Origin: Kofleriaceae bacterium
GTDB taxonomy: Bacteria; Myxococcota_A; Polyangia; Haliangiales; Haliangiaceae
Direction: 5' to 3'
Assembly (NCBI GenBank): GCA_965215005.1
Contig: CBDCCZ010000060.1
Coordinates: 64,001 to 128,000, forward strand
DNA: 64,000 nucleotides
Positions within the stretch are counted from its first letter, which is position 1. Each line of letters opens with the position of its first letter. The position numbers and the translations under genes are program-made. The notes below the pieces were generated by a model. The model saw only the letters and a list, made by a program, of their open reading frames with translations. It did not search any database and was not told the origin of the DNA. Of this stretch, positions 1-11,944 are shown piece by piece.

Positions 1-1944
1 GTCGCTGATATCGACGAAGGTCGGCCCACGCGCCTCGAGCAGATCCAACAGCTCACCGCAGAGATGGCAGCGGGCCGAGTAGAGACCCTGCTGATTCTCG
101 GCGGCAATCCGGCGTACGACGCTCCTGCCGATCTCGACTTTGGCGCCGCCATGGGCAAGGTGAAGACGTCCATTCACCTGAGCCAGTATCTCGACGAGAC
201 CTCGACGCTTGCGAGCTGGCACGTGCCGCAGGCGCACTATCTCGAGAGCTGGGGCGACGCGCTCACCTACGACGGCACGTACACTCTCATTCAGCCGATT
301 CTTGAGCCCATCTGGAACGGCAAGAGCGCCATCGAGCTCATCGCTCTGATGCTCGGTCGTGAGTATGTCAACCCCGACACGATCGTGCGGTCGACGATGC
401 AGCTCGCGAGCGGCAAGGGCGATGACGCTTCTTGGCGCAAGGCGCTTCACGATGGCTTCGTGCCCGGGCAGGTGTTGCCGGAAATCAATGCCCTGCCGGC
501 GCCGCAGGTACGCCCGGCGCAGCTGACACCGAGTCAGCTCGGCGGCATCAAGGCGCCTGAAGGAACGCTCGAGGTGGTCTTCACCCCCTCAGCGCACACC
601 TGGGACGGACGCTTTGCTAACAACGCGTGGCTGCAGGAGACGCCAGACTTCGTCACCAAGCTCACGTGGGACAACGCCGCGTTGATCAATCCGCGCACCG
701 CGGAAGAGCTGGGCATCGAGAACGACACGCTCATCAAGGTTCGCGTCAACGACCGCGACCTCACCGTGGTGGCGTACACCTTGCCCGGCCAGGCGCTGTC
801 ATCCATTGCGATTGCTGTGGGTCATGGGCGAACGCACGCTGGGCGGGTTGGCGGTTTCCTCGCCGCGAAGGTCGAGCCAAAGGGCTTTGACACCTACTCG
901 ATCCGAACATCGAATGCGCTGTGGAACGCAAGCGGCGCCACTGTCACGCCTACCGGCAAGTCGTACGGCTACGCAACCACGCAGGAGCATTGGGATTACC
1001 GCGACGCGCTTGGACGCAAAGGCATCGATCAACGGCTCGATCAGCTCGTACGCGCCGGAAGCCTGCTGGCCTATACAGCAAACCCCAACTTCGCGCGCGA
1101 GAAGGTCCACGTTCCCGTGTATGGCGGTCACGTAGAGGGCCACGGCGCCGACGATGGCGCTGTGATTCCGCAGCTCTGGCAGCAGCACGGGTACGAAGGG
1201 CACAAATGGGGAATGGCGACCGACCTCACCAAGTGCACCGGTTGCAATGCATGCGTCGTAGCGTGCCAGGCCGAGAACAATGTTCCGGTCGTAGGCAAGC
1301 GCGAGGTCAAGCGATCGCGTGAGATGCACTGGCTGCGCATCGATCGCTATTTCAGAGGCGATGTCCTCAACCCTGAGATCGCGCATCAGCCATTACTCTG
1401 CCAGCAGTGCGAAAATGCCCCATGCGAGCAGGTGTGCCCGGTCGGCGCCACGGTTCACTCGCACGAGGGTCTAAATGACATGGCGTACAACCGTTGTGTT
1501 GGTACCCGCTATTGTCTAAATAACTGCCCTTACAAGGTTCGCCGCTTCAACTTCTTGGACTGGCACAAAGACCTCGATGACTCGCGCAGTAAGCTGAAGA
1601 AGCTGGTTTTCAACCCGGAAGTCACCGTTCGTAGCCGCGGCGTCATGGAAAAATGTACTTGGTGCGTGCAGCGCATCCAGACTGCAAAGATCCTGGCCAA
1701 GAACGACCGTCGGCCGCTTATCGACGGCGAGATTCAGACCGCTTGCCAGCAAGCGTGTCCTACCACCGCCATCGTGTTCGGCGATCTCAACGACCCGAAG
1801 AGCCGGGTTTCAGAGCTGCACAGCAAACGTCGCAGCTACGCGCTTCTCGAGGAGCTCCATACGCTGCCTCGGAATCGCTTCCTCGCTCGCATCACCAACC
1901 CCAACCCGAGGCTCGTCAAACTCGAGCCCAAGGCTGCTCACTAA
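1..1944 (+). CDS. actB: Alternative complex III subunit B (molybdopterin-oxidoreductase-like domain plus Fe-S domain), 5' partial
   Basis: Frame is open from base 1. Contains WDNAAL, CTGCNACVVACQAEN, CQQCENAPCEQVCP, CVGTRYCLNNCPY and RGVMEKCTWC motifs; lies upstream of an NrfD-type gene. Confidence 0.93.
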   Translation, partial: VADIDEGRPTRLEQIQQLTAEMAAGRVETLLILGGNPAYDAPADLDFGAAMGKVKTSIHLSQYLDETSTLASWHVPQAHYLESWGDALTYDGTYTLIQPILEPIWNGKSAIELIALMLGREYVNPDTIVRSTMQLASGKGDDASWRKALHDGFVPGQVLPEINALPAPQVRPAQLTPSQLGGIKAPEGTLEVVFTPSAHTWDGRFANNAWLQETPDFVTKLTWDNAALINPRTAEELGIENDTLIKVRVNDRDLTVVAYTLPGQALSSIAIAVGHGRTHAGRVGGFLAAKVEPKGFDTYSIRTSNALWNASGATVTPTGKSYGYATTQEHWDYRDALGRKGIDQRLDQLVRAGSLLAYTANPNFAREKVHVPVYGGHVEGHGADDGAVIPQLWQQHGYEGHKWGMATDLTKCTGCNACVVACQAENNVPVVGKREVKRSREMHWLRIDRYFRGDVLNPEIAHQPLLCQQCENAPCEQVCPVGATVHSHEGLNDMAYNRCVGTRYCLNNCPYKVRRFNFLDWHKDLDDSRSKLKKLVFNPEVTVRSRGVMEKCTWCVQRIQTAKILAKNDRRPLIDGEIQTACQQACPTTAIVFGDLNDPKSRVSELHSKRRSYALLEELHTLPRNRFLARITNPNPRLVKLEPKAAH

Positions 1945-1956
1945 GAGGTCGATGGG

Positions 1957-3321
<1,365 letters not shown>

Positions 3322-3341
3322 GGAAACACGGAGACTCGACG

Positions 3342-4529
3342 ATGAGCGCAGAATCTACGCATAGCGCCAAGGGCGAGCTCTACGGCTACCTGGCGGAATT
3401 CAAAACCCCAGGCGAGCTGATCGCTGCGGCCAAAAAGGTGCGCGCCGCCGGCTTCACCAAGTGGGACTGCTACAGCCCGTTTCCAGTACACGGCCTAGAC
3501 CCTGCTATGGGCATCCGCATGACGATTCTCCCATGGATCGTCTTCGCGGTTGGGCTCTGTGGGCTCGGTGGTGGCCTGCTTCTTCAGTGGTGGACCAACG
3601 CCCACTACTGGCCATGGATCGTCTCGGGTAAGCCCTTCTGGAGCATTCCGGCGAACATCCCGATTGCCTTCGAGACCACCATCTTGGCGTCTGTTTTCGC
3701 CGCCTTCTTCGGAATGTGGGCGCTGAACAAGCTGCCGCAGTGGTGGCATCCTTTGTTTCGTAGCGAGCGGTTTCGGAAAGTCTCCGATGACGGCTTCTTT
3801 ATCGGAGTGGAGGCCCGCGACGGCGCCTTCGATCCGCAAGAGACCCGCCAGCTCTTGGAGGCGGCGGGAGCCGTTGCTGTCGAAGCGTGCCATCTGGATC
3901 CCAGCCCGCTTGGCAAGCGCATGCCGAGGCCGATCTTCGCCTTCATCATCGTCTCTTCGGTGTTGGCGCTGGTGCCCTTTGCTCTGATTGCCAAGGCGCG
4001 TGCTTCGAAGTCCACCGAGCCGCACTGGCACCTCATCCCGGACATGGACGATCAGCCCAAGTACAAGTCACAGCGCGCAGCCCCTACGGAAATCTTCGCC
4101 AATCAGCGAGCCTCGCGCGTTCCCGTTGCTGGCACCGTGGCCCGCAACGAGCTAAAGGCCGACGATCACTTCTACCGGGGCCTCGTAGATGGGCAATGGG
4201 CGCAGGAGTTTCCGCCTGCGCTTGAGATCAACATGCGAACCATGGCGAGGGGCGAGCAGAACTTCGACACCTACTGCGCGCCGTGCCACGGATACGATGG
4301 CGGCGGTAACGGCATGATCCACCGGCGCGCGCTACAGGTGCCTCAGGTGGGCTGGGTGCCTCCTGCCAACGTCACCGATGCGCCTCGAACGCAGCAACCG
4401 GTCGGACAACTCTTCAATACGATTAGCCACGGTTACAACACGATGCCGGGCTATGCGTCCCAGATCCCAGAGAGCGATCGCTGGGCGATCATCCTCTACC
4501 TGCGCGCCCTACAGCGCGCGCAGAATTAG
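3342..4529 (+). CDS. actDE: Fused ActD (DUF3341) and ActE (monoheme cytochrome c)
   Basis: N-terminal YSPFPVHGLD..GKP..FETTIL (ActD); C-terminal PDMDDQPK and CAPCH heme motif with MPGY..DRWAIILY (ActE). Confidence 0.88.
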   Translation: MSAESTHSAKGELYGYLAEFKTPGELIAAAKKVRAAGFTKWDCYSPFPVHGLDPAMGIRMTILPWIVFAVGLCGLGGGLLLQWWTNAHYWPWIVSGKPFWSIPANIPIAFETTILASVFAAFFGMWALNKLPQWWHPLFRSERFRKVSDDGFFIGVEARDGAFDPQETRQLLEAAGAVAVEACHLDPSPLGKRMPRPIFAFIIVSSVLALVPFALIAKARASKSTEPHWHLIPDMDDQPKYKSQRAAPTEIFANQRASRVPVAGTVARNELKADDHFYRGLVDGQWAQEFPPALEINMRTMARGEQNFDTYCAPCHGYDGGGNGMIHRRALQVPQVGWVPPANVTDAPRTQQPVGQLFNTISHGYNTMPGYASQIPESDRWAIILYLRALQRAQN

Positions 4530-4543
4530 GACGGAGTTTCGCA

Positions 4544-5803
4544 ATGAGCGCCGGACATTCAGTGGGCATTCATCCAGACGAGAGCTTCAAGCTCGGCAAG
4601 CTCGCATCTTGGGGACCCAAGCTCATCATCGCGGGCATTTTGGTTCTCCTCATCACCGTGGGAATCGGGTTTACACCTAGTGACCACTTCTCGCGGTTCT
4701 TTCACTCATATCTGCTTGGTTTCACGTACTTCCTGAGCCTCGCGCTCGGAGCGTTGTTCTTCACGATCCTGCAGCACCTCGTGCGAGCGAAGTGGAGCAT
4801 CGTGGTTCGGCGGCTCGCGGAGCTGCTGGCGTCGACGTTTCCGCTGCTCATTCTGTTGTCGCTGCCGATCCTGATCGGAATGCTTGCGGGTAACAACAGC
4901 TTGTACCACTGGTCGGATCCAGTGCTCGTGGATCCCAACAGTGAGAGCTTCGTCCATTTGATCTACGTCAAGCGGGCGTATCTCAACGTTCCCTTCTTCG
5001 TCGGTCGTGTCGCCGTTTATCTCATTGGGTCTTGGCTAATTGCCCGGTGGTTCGTGAAGAAGTCCATCGAGCAAGACGAGACGGGTAATCCTGAGCTGAG
5101 CGAGAAGATGCGTGTCGCGTCGGCACCGGCGATGATTGCGTTCGCGTTCATCACCGCCTTTGCCGCGTTCGACTTGCTCATGTCGCTGGCACCGGAGTGG
5201 TTCTCCACGATGTGGGGTGTCTACTACTTTGCTGGTGCGGTGGTTTCGATCATGGCCACGCTTGCGCTGTTTGGCATGATTCTTCAGCGCAGCGGACGCC
5301 TCACTCACTCCATCACCACCGAGCACTATCACGACCTGGGCAAGCTCTTGTTTGCCTTTGTGTTCTTCTGGAGCTACGTCGCGTTTTCACAGTTCATGTT
5401 GATCTGGTACGCGAACCTGCCCGAAGAAACGGTCTGGTTCTATCCGCGAATGTTCACCAGCTGGAAGTGGCTATCGTGGTTTCTCTTCTTCGGCCACTGC
5501 GTTTTCCCCTTCATCTGCCTGCTATCGCGAAATACCAAACGGCGGCGTACCCTGTTGGCTTTCTTCTCCGGCTGGATGCTGCTGATGCACTACTGGGACC
5601 TGTTCTGGATCATCATGCCGCAGTACGGTGGTCCTCACGCCGACCCCTACCATGGGTTCATCTTCAACATCATGGACATCACAGCCGTTCTAGGAATCGG
5701 ACTTCTGTTCTTCGGCTGGGTCCTCATTCGCGGCCGCAACGTCAACTTGCTGCCCATCAAAGACCCGCGGTTGGGTGAGTCGCTCGCCTTCGAGAACTTC
5801 TAG
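4544..5803 (+). CDS. actF: Alternative complex III subunit F
   Basis: Multi-TM protein with DLLMSLAPEWFST, HDLGKLLFAF and SQFMLIWYANLPEET motifs. Confidence 0.92.
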   Translation: MSAGHSVGIHPDESFKLGKLASWGPKLIIAGILVLLITVGIGFTPSDHFSRFFHSYLLGFTYFLSLALGALFFTILQHLVRAKWSIVVRRLAELLASTFPLLILLSLPILIGMLAGNNSLYHWSDPVLVDPNSESFVHLIYVKRAYLNVPFFVGRVAVYLIGSWLIARWFVKKSIEQDETGNPELSEKMRVASAPAMIAFAFITAFAAFDLLMSLAPEWFSTMWGVYYFAGAVVSIMATLALFGMILQRSGRLTHSITTEHYHDLGKLLFAFVFFWSYVAFSQFMLIWYANLPEETVWFYPRMFTSWKWLSWFLFFGHCVFPFICLLSRNTKRRRTLLAFFSGWMLLMHYWDLFWIIMPQYGGPHADPYHGFIFNIMDITAVLGIGLLFFGWVLIRGRNVNLLPIKDPRLGESLAFENF

Positions 5804-5812
5804 AGGGACGTC

Positions 5813-6619
5813 ATGGAGCACTTTCCACGTAAGCAGACAGACACGCTGAACACCGTCGCGATCGTTGTGATCGGTCTAGCCGGTGCGCTGCTGGTCTATA
5901 TCAGCGCCGTTGCTCTCCAGGCGTTCTACCGCAATGAGTCGACCGAGCTTTTGGCGCAGCGTGATTCGTGGGGTATGAGCAGCGACCTCGACGCTCTTCG
6001 CAGCGAGCAAGAAGCCAAGCTCATCGGCAAGCTCGAGCCTGCGGAGCAAGCAGTGATCGCTCAGCTGCGCTCCGGCCGCGGTGGTTCTCTGGTTCCATCG
6101 GTAGGCTCGCAAGACAAAGCAACAATTCCGCCAGTCGTGGGATACTACGACCCGATGAAGGGCACTGCCGCGGCTCCGCAAGCGCCCACGGCTGAAGGAG
6201 CAGGAAGTGCAACGCCTGCCGGAGAGGCGGAAGCCGCACCTGCAGAGAGCGCCCCTACCACGCCGGGAGCGCCCGCAGCGGAAGGCGATACTGCAGCTGA
6301 CAAAGCCATGACTGAGCGTGAGGCTGGTAAATCGGCCGCGGCACCCGAAGAAGCAGCAAAGGTGCAGGGCGCGGCCGCAGGACAGGGTGGAGCGGCTCCA
6401 GCAGTTCCGCAACGCAACGCGGTGAAGGAGGGCGAGGCCGAGAGCGATGAGCCCGCCGAAGCCCCTCGCGCCAGAGCCACCAAGAAACCCGCCGCAGCGG
6501 CGGATCAAGCAGAAACTCCGTCGCAGCGGAAGCAACGACCGGCGCCAGCTCGCGAGCAAGACGGCGCCGCTCCAAATGGCACCAAGACGCCACGTAAAGA
6601 TGATGGAGCGGATCGTTAG
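5813..6619 (+). CDS. Hypothetical membrane-anchored protein with Ala/Glu/Pro-rich tail, in the ActG position
   Basis: RBS gaggga; single N-terminal TM helix; sits between actF and sco with short spacing. Confidence 0.65.
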   Translation: MEHFPRKQTDTLNTVAIVVIGLAGALLVYISAVALQAFYRNESTELLAQRDSWGMSSDLDALRSEQEAKLIGKLEPAEQAVIAQLRSGRGGSLVPSVGSQDKATIPPVVGYYDPMKGTAAAPQAPTAEGAGSATPAGEAEAAPAESAPTTPGAPAAEGDTAADKAMTEREAGKSAAAPEEAAKVQGAAAGQGGAAPAVPQRNAVKEGEAESDEPAEAPRARATKKPAAAADQAETPSQRKQRPAPAREQDGAAPNGTKTPRKDDGADR

Positions 6620-7484
6620 CAACCGATTCTACTGCTGCTACGCCGGTCTTTCTCTGGTGCTGTGGGTAGCGGCGCCAGCAATGGCTGGGGTACCTGCGTC
6701 GAAGGGCGCGGCGACCGGCTATGTCGAGCCCGCTCCCGGAGACTTCGATGGCATCGCTGTTGCCGAGCAGGTTGGGGCACAGGTGCCAACTGAGCTGCAG
6801 CTTCGCTCGAGCGATGGCAACGCTACAACGCTTGCCGAAGTGCTAGCGGGCGAGCTGCCGACGATTCTCACCTTCAATTATTCTGACTGTCCCATGCTGT
6901 GCAATATGCAGCTCAGCGCTCTCAGCGAAGCGATGGAGAAGCTTCCGCTCGTTCCTGGACGCCAGTTTCAGGTGGTAACGGTCGTGCTCAACCCGGATGA
7001 GTCGGTGGAGAGAGCTGCCGAGACCAAAGCGAGCTATCTCGCGCGATTTCCGCAACAGCGCCGGGAAGCGATGCAGAGTGGCTGGCACTTCTTGCTGGGA
7101 GACAAGGCTGCCATCGACGCGTTGGCGGAGGCGGTTGGTTTCGCCTATAAGTACCTTCCTGAGCGAAACGAATACGCTCATCCGGCGACTCTGATTTTGT
7201 TGTCTCCCTCGGGCCGGGTCAATCAGTACCTTCACGGGATTCAGTACCAGCCCGCAGATTTGAACCAAGCGATCTTTCGCGCAGGATTGGGCGAGGAGCA
7301 AACTTCGCTGGGATATATCTTGTCCTGCTTTCACTACGACGCAGAAGCGAACAGCTACGCCGACACCGGTGAGGGAATCATGCGCTACGGCGCCATGGGC
7401 TTCGTCTTGATCATGCTTGCTACCTTTGGTGTTTGGCAGTTTGCGCGGGCTAGGAAGTCGAGCCGAGAGGCAGGATCGTCATGA
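6600..7484 (+). CDS. SCO family copper chaperone
   Basis: YSDCPMLC (CxxxC) and EYAH motifs; C-terminal CFHYD and TM helix; ATGA overlap with coxB. Start approximate. Confidence 0.9.
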   Translation: MMERIVSNRFYCCYAGLSLVLWVAAPAMAGVPASKGAATGYVEPAPGDFDGIAVAEQVGAQVPTELQLRSSDGNATTLAEVLAGELPTILTFNYSDCPMLCNMQLSALSEAMEKLPLVPGRQFQVVTVVLNPDESVERAAETKASYLARFPQQRREAMQSGWHFLLGDKAAIDALAEAVGFAYKYLPERNEYAHPATLILLSPSGRVNQYLHGIQYQPADLNQAIFRAGLGEEQTSLGYILSCFHYDAEANSYADTGEGIMRYGAMGFVLIMLATFGVWQFARARKSSREAGSS

Positions 7485-8887
7485 ACAGCCGACTCACGTA
7501 CTCGTATGAATGGGTAAAGGTGCATCCTATGGGCCTGACGTTCCGAAGTCCTCGACGGGGTCTGGCTGCCCTCATCGCGGTGTTCTCGCTGACCATCACG
7601 ACGTCGTTCGCAGTTGCGCAAGACGCTGACGAAGCGGCTGCCCAGCGGGCCGTGACTCCGGTCGACATTCCGCCTCGCAACGAAGAGGTAGCGCCAGAAG
7701 AGGGAGCTCCAAGTGGCGACGCGGCGGCGGCGGGCTCGGCTGAGAAAGCCGAGGCCACCGGTGAAGCAGCGGTTGCCCCCTTCACTGATACCGCGCCGTC
7801 GGAGGGCGACGGTGCAGGCGACGGCAAAGGTCCTACCCAGCCGGGCGACGCACCCTCGGAGACCTCGGAAAGTGGCGAGTCGTGCCAGCGATACATCAAC
7901 GGCCGTCCTGATTCCGATCCGGTCCTCTCGGTCGAGCCAGGCCTCCCAGGCGGCACCGCCTGGATGCCCGTTAACGCTTCAGCCATCTCCGACGCATCCG
8001 ACGACCTGTTCTACGGCGTGCTCGGTATGTCGATCTTCCTCTTCCTGGCCATTACAGCGGCTGTCATCTACTTTGTCCTGAAATATCGTATTCGTCCGGG
8101 CAAGCATGAGAAGCCGCTGCCGTCGTCATCGCACAACGATGCGATGGAGGTCACTTGGACGGTAATACCGTCGATCATCTGCGTGTTTCTGTTTCTGTGG
8201 GGCTGGCGAGCCTACATCGATATGACCACGCCGCCGCGTCACGCCACGGAGATCAACGTCTACGCCACTCAGTGGGCATGGCTCTTCAATCACGAGGGCG
8301 GCATCGCCGACGACGTGTTGCATGTACCCGTCAACGAGCCGGTGCGCCTGGTGATGACTTCGCAGAAGGTCTTGCACAGCTTTTTCGTGCCGGCGTTCCG
8401 GGTAAAGCAAGACTTGGTTCCGCGCCGCTTTACGCAGGTTTGGTTCAGAGCGACGAAGCCAGGCGTGTATAGGCTGTACTGCACTGAGTACTGTGGCATG
8501 GACCATTCCTGCATGAAAACTTGGGTCAAGGTTCACGAGCCTGGCGGCTACGAGCAGTATCTGCAGAAGATGAAGGCTCGAGCCGCCGATATGGACCCCG
8601 TTGCATTGGGTAAGCAGATCTATGCGCAGCGCGGCTGCATCGCCTGCCATAGCTTGGATGGAGCTCCACGCGTGGGTCCAAGCTTCAAGGGGATCTGGGG
8701 CGAAGAACACGTAATGGCGAGCGGCGAAAAAGTCACGGTCGATGAGAACTACATCACCGAGTCCGTCGTGGACCCGCAGGCGAAGATCCGCGCCACTTTT
8801 CCGCCGAGCATGCCGTCGTTCGCCGGGCAGCTGTCCGACGCCGAGCTCAACGGCATCATCGAATTCATCAAGAGCCTCAAGGAGTAG
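7481..8887 (+). CDS. coxB: Cytochrome c oxidase subunit II with C-terminal cytochrome c (caa3 type)
   Basis: VLHSFF and CuA motif CTEYCGMDHSCM; heme c motif CIACH. Exact start uncertain. Confidence 0.95.
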   Translation: MNSRLTYSYEWVKVHPMGLTFRSPRRGLAALIAVFSLTITTSFAVAQDADEAAAQRAVTPVDIPPRNEEVAPEEGAPSGDAAAAGSAEKAEATGEAAVAPFTDTAPSEGDGAGDGKGPTQPGDAPSETSESGESCQRYINGRPDSDPVLSVEPGLPGGTAWMPVNASAISDASDDLFYGVLGMSIFLFLAITAAVIYFVLKYRIRPGKHEKPLPSSSHNDAMEVTWTVIPSIICVFLFLWGWRAYIDMTTPPRHATEINVYATQWAWLFNHEGGIADDVLHVPVNEPVRLVMTSQKVLHSFFVPAFRVKQDLVPRRFTQVWFRATKPGVYRLYCTEYCGMDHSCMKTWVKVHEPGGYEQYLQKMKARAADMDPVALGKQIYAQRGCIACHSLDGAPRVGPSFKGIWGEEHVMASGEKVTVDENYITESVVDPQAKIRATFPPSMPSFAGQLSDAELNGIIEFIKSLKE

Positions 8888-8899
8888 CGAGGGACCATT

Positions 8900-10660
8900 A
8901 TGGCTGAGCACGCCGTTCACCCAGAGACGCTTCTTGGCGAGCCCTCGAAAGTCGAGCCTGACTATATCGAGTGCAAGCGGGGGCTCAAAAATTGGCTCAT
9001 CACGCTGGATCACAAGCGGATTGGGGTCATGTACCTCGTCGGCATCCTTACTGCGCTTCTCGTTGGTGGGATGTTTGCGCTGCTGGTGCGGATCGAGTTG
9101 TTCACTCCTGGCGAGACCTTTGTCGGGAAGGACATGTACAACCAGTTCTTCACGCTACATGGCGCCGTGATGGTGTTCCTCGTCATCATCCCGGGCATAC
9201 CCGCGGCGTTGGGCAACTTCGTGCTGCCCATTCAGCTTGGAGCGCCGGATGTGGCGTTTCCTCGCTTGAACCTTGCCAGCTTCTATCTCTGGTGCGGGGG
9301 TGCATCGCTTCTGTTAGTGACGATTGCAACCGGCGGCGTGGATACCGGCTGGACCTTCTATACGCCCTACAGCCTAACCACCGGTACCTCGGTGTTGCCC
9401 GCCGTACTCGGCGTGTTCGTCTTGGGGTTCAGCTCCATCTTCACTGGGCTCAATTTCCTAGTGACGGTACATAAGTTCCGTCCACGCGGGATGGGCTGGT
9501 TCAAGATGCCGCTCAACCTTTGGGCACTGTACTCCACCGCGGTGGTGCAGGTGTTGGCGACGCCGGTGCTGGGCATCACCGTGCTGCTGCTGTTCGTCGA
9601 GCGCTTCATGCACATCGGAATCTTCGATCCGGCTCTGGGCGGCGATCCGGTGCTATTCCAGCACTTCTTCTGGTTCTATTCCCATCCCGCTGTCTACATC
9701 ATGATCATTCCGGCGATGGGTGTCGTCTCGGAGCTGATGACCACGTTTAGCCATAAGCCCGTCTTCGGTTATCGCTTCATCGCATATTCGAGTATCTCGC
9801 TGGCGCTACTCAGCTTCCTCGTCTGGGGGCACCATATGTTCGTGTCGGGACAGTCGCAGCTCGCGACGATGGTGTTCTCGGCGCTGACGTTCACCGTAGC
9901 GATTCCCTCGGCCATCAAAGTCTTCAACTGGACGGCCACACTTTACAAAGGTGCGATACGGCTCGATACGCCGATGCTGTACGCGCTCAGCTTCATATTG
10001 CTGTTCACGATTGGTGGTCTAACCGGCCTGTTCCTCGGCATGTTGGCCGTCGACGTGCACCTGCACGACACCTACTTTGTCGTGGCCCACTTTCATTACG
10101 TGATGATGGGCTCGACGTTAGTGGCCTTTCTTGGCGCCCTGCATTACTGGTGGCCGAAGATCAGCGGACGCATGTATCCGGAGAAGCCGGCTCGCTGGGC
10201 CGCGGTTGGCGTGTTCTTCGGCTTCAATCTCACCTTCTTGCCGCAGTTCGTCATGGGCTCGCAAGGGATGCCGCGTCGCTACTGGGATTACGACCCTGGC
10301 TTCGCCATCTACCACCAGCTGTCCACCATCGGCGCGCTCATCCTCGGCTTCTCGATTTTTTTCCAGGTGCTGTATCTGGTGCGCTCACTCAAGAAGGGAC
10401 CGAAGGCGCCGGCGAATCCTTGGGGTGCGACGACGCTGGAGTGGGTTCAGCCTTCGCCGCCGCCGCATTACAATTTTTCTACGCCTCCGGCGCTGCCGCC
10501 GCTCTACGAGTACAGCCACCTGGTGTACGACGCCAGGATCGGCGGGTATGTGCGCGTGAGCGACGTCGAAGCGCCCTACGAGCCGCAGTTTCCCAATACT
10601 GCAGAGCCTGGGTCTGAGTCAGCTCCCAGCACGGATCAGTCTGGTAAGCACGAGGATTAG
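8900..10660 (+). CDS. coxA: Cytochrome c oxidase subunit I (A2-type)
   Basis: [40 protein letters not shown] and GMPRR motifs. Confidence 0.97.
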   Translation: MAEHAVHPETLLGEPSKVEPDYIECKRGLKNWLITLDHKRIGVMYLVGILTALLVGGMFALLVRIELFTPGETFVGKDMYNQFFTLHGAVMVFLVIIPGIPAALGNFVLPIQLGAPDVAFPRLNLASFYLWCGGASLLLVTIATGGVDTGWTFYTPYSLTTGTSVLPAVLGVFVLGFSSIFTGLNFLVTVHKFRPRGMGWFKMPLNLWALYSTAVVQVLATPVLGITVLLLFVERFMHIGIFDPALGGDPVLFQHFFWFYSHPAVYIMIIPAMGVVSELMTTFSHKPVFGYRFIAYSSISLALLSFLVWGHHMFVSGQSQLATMVFSALTFTVAIPSAIKVFNWTATLYKGAIRLDTPMLYALSFILLFTIGGLTGLFLGMLAVDVHLHDTYFVVAHFHYVMMGSTLVAFLGALHYWWPKISGRMYPEKPARWAAVGVFFGFNLTFLPQFVMGSQGMPRRYWDYDPGFAIYHQLSTIGALILGFSIFFQVLYLVRSLKKGPKAPANPWGATTLEWVQPSPPPHYNFSTPPALPPLYEYSHLVYDARIGGYVRVSDVEAPYEPQFPNTAEPGSESAPSTDQSGKHED

Positions 10661-10692
10661 GCTTCAGGTCGAGCAAACACGGGGCAGCAGCG

Positions 10693-11484
10693 ATGACTGA
10701 CAACCACGATCATGAGCACGGCGTATCGCCGTTCATTCAGCACCACTTCGACGACGGCGAACACCAATTTGAGGCCGGTAAGCTAGGCATTTGGTTTTTT
10801 CTCGCGCAGGAGATTTTGTTCTTCTCCGCTTTGTTCGTGGCGTACGTGCTACTGCGCGCACATCACCCGGACATCTTCGACTACGCGAGTCACTATCTAG
10901 ACACCACTATGGGAGCCATCAATACGGTGGTGCTCTTAGTGTCTTCGTTGACGGCAGCGTGGGCAGTTCGTTGCGCGCAGCTCGGTCAGAAACGCGGATT
11001 GATCATCACCATTGTGATCACAATCCTCTGCGCATGCACCTTCATGGGCATCAAGTATCAGGAGTACTCGCACAAGATTCACAACGGGGTGCTCTACGGG
11101 GCCAAGTTCAAGCCTGTAGAAGATCCCTGGGGGCGCGAGTTCACGCCCGAGGCACGCGAGGCCGCGGCCGCAGAGACAGCAAATTGGAGCGATGAGGAGA
11201 AGGCTGCGCTCGAGAAGATGAAGGCGGAAGGCCGTGGTGATCCGCAAGCGGTTCTGCCGCCACAGAACACCAGCATGTTCTTCACCATCTACTTCGCAAT
11301 GACTGGCCTCCATGGCATTCACGTTCTAGCTGGTATCTTCGTCTTCATCTGGCTCTTGATACGCGCGATCAAAGGTCATTTTACTCCCCAGTACTACGGT
11401 CCTATCGACTTCGCGGCGCTCTACTGGCACCTCGTGGACCTGATTTGGATCTTTCTGTTTCCGCTTCTCTACTTGATTCACTGA
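10693..11484 (+). CDS. coxC: Cytochrome c oxidase subunit III
   Basis: GIWFFLAQEILFF, TGLHGIHV and YWHLVDLIWIFLFPLLY motifs. Confidence 0.95.
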   Translation: MTDNHDHEHGVSPFIQHHFDDGEHQFEAGKLGIWFFLAQEILFFSALFVAYVLLRAHHPDIFDYASHYLDTTMGAINTVVLLVSSLTAAWAVRCAQLGQKRGLIITIVITILCACTFMGIKYQEYSHKIHNGVLYGAKFKPVEDPWGREFTPEAREAAAAETANWSDEEKAALEKMKAEGRGDPQAVLPPQNTSMFFTIYFAMTGLHGIHVLAGIFVFIWLLIRAIKGHFTPQYYGPIDFAALYWHLVDLIWIFLFPLLYLIH

Positions 11485-11494
11485 GAGGTACGCT

Positions 11495-11944
11495 GTGGCC
11501 ACGCACGCTCACGATCCGCACGCACCTGGCAAGCATCACGTGCTTCCCTGGCAGGTTCTCGTAGGGGTCTTCTCTGCCCTAATAGCTCTCATCACCATTC
11601 TTACGGTGCTAGCGACCAAGGTCGACCTCGGCTCCAACTACAACCTCGCCCTCGCGATGGCAATCGCCGCCGTGAAGGGAACCCTCGTGATCCTTTACTT
11701 CATGCATCTGCGCTACGATAAGCTCTTCCACTCCGTACTCTTCGTGGGCGGCATCCTTACAGCGACTCTCTTTGTCACCTTCTCACTAATGGACTCACGG
11801 CGAATACACAGGAGTCCGTCATTTGGGATTCCGAGAGCGTCCTCCCGCCGCCCCCTACGGCCCCAGCCTCCGCCCGTAAACGCGCCACCGCCGCACGCCG
11901 CTGCCGCTAGCGCAGCGACCATCGCCTCACACTGCTGCCGCTAG
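11495..11944 (+). CDS. coxD: Cytochrome c oxidase subunit IV; C-terminus possibly frameshifted
   Basis: Three TM helices and AAVKGTLVILYFMHL motif; RBS gagagg with GTG start. Confidence 0.85.
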   Translation: MATHAHDPHAPGKHHVLPWQVLVGVFSALIALITILTVLATKVDLGSNYNLALAMAIAAVKGTLVILYFMHLRYDKLFHSVLFVGGILTATLFVTFSLMDSRRIHRSPSFGIPRASSRRPLRPQPPPVNAPPPHAAAASAATIASHCCR

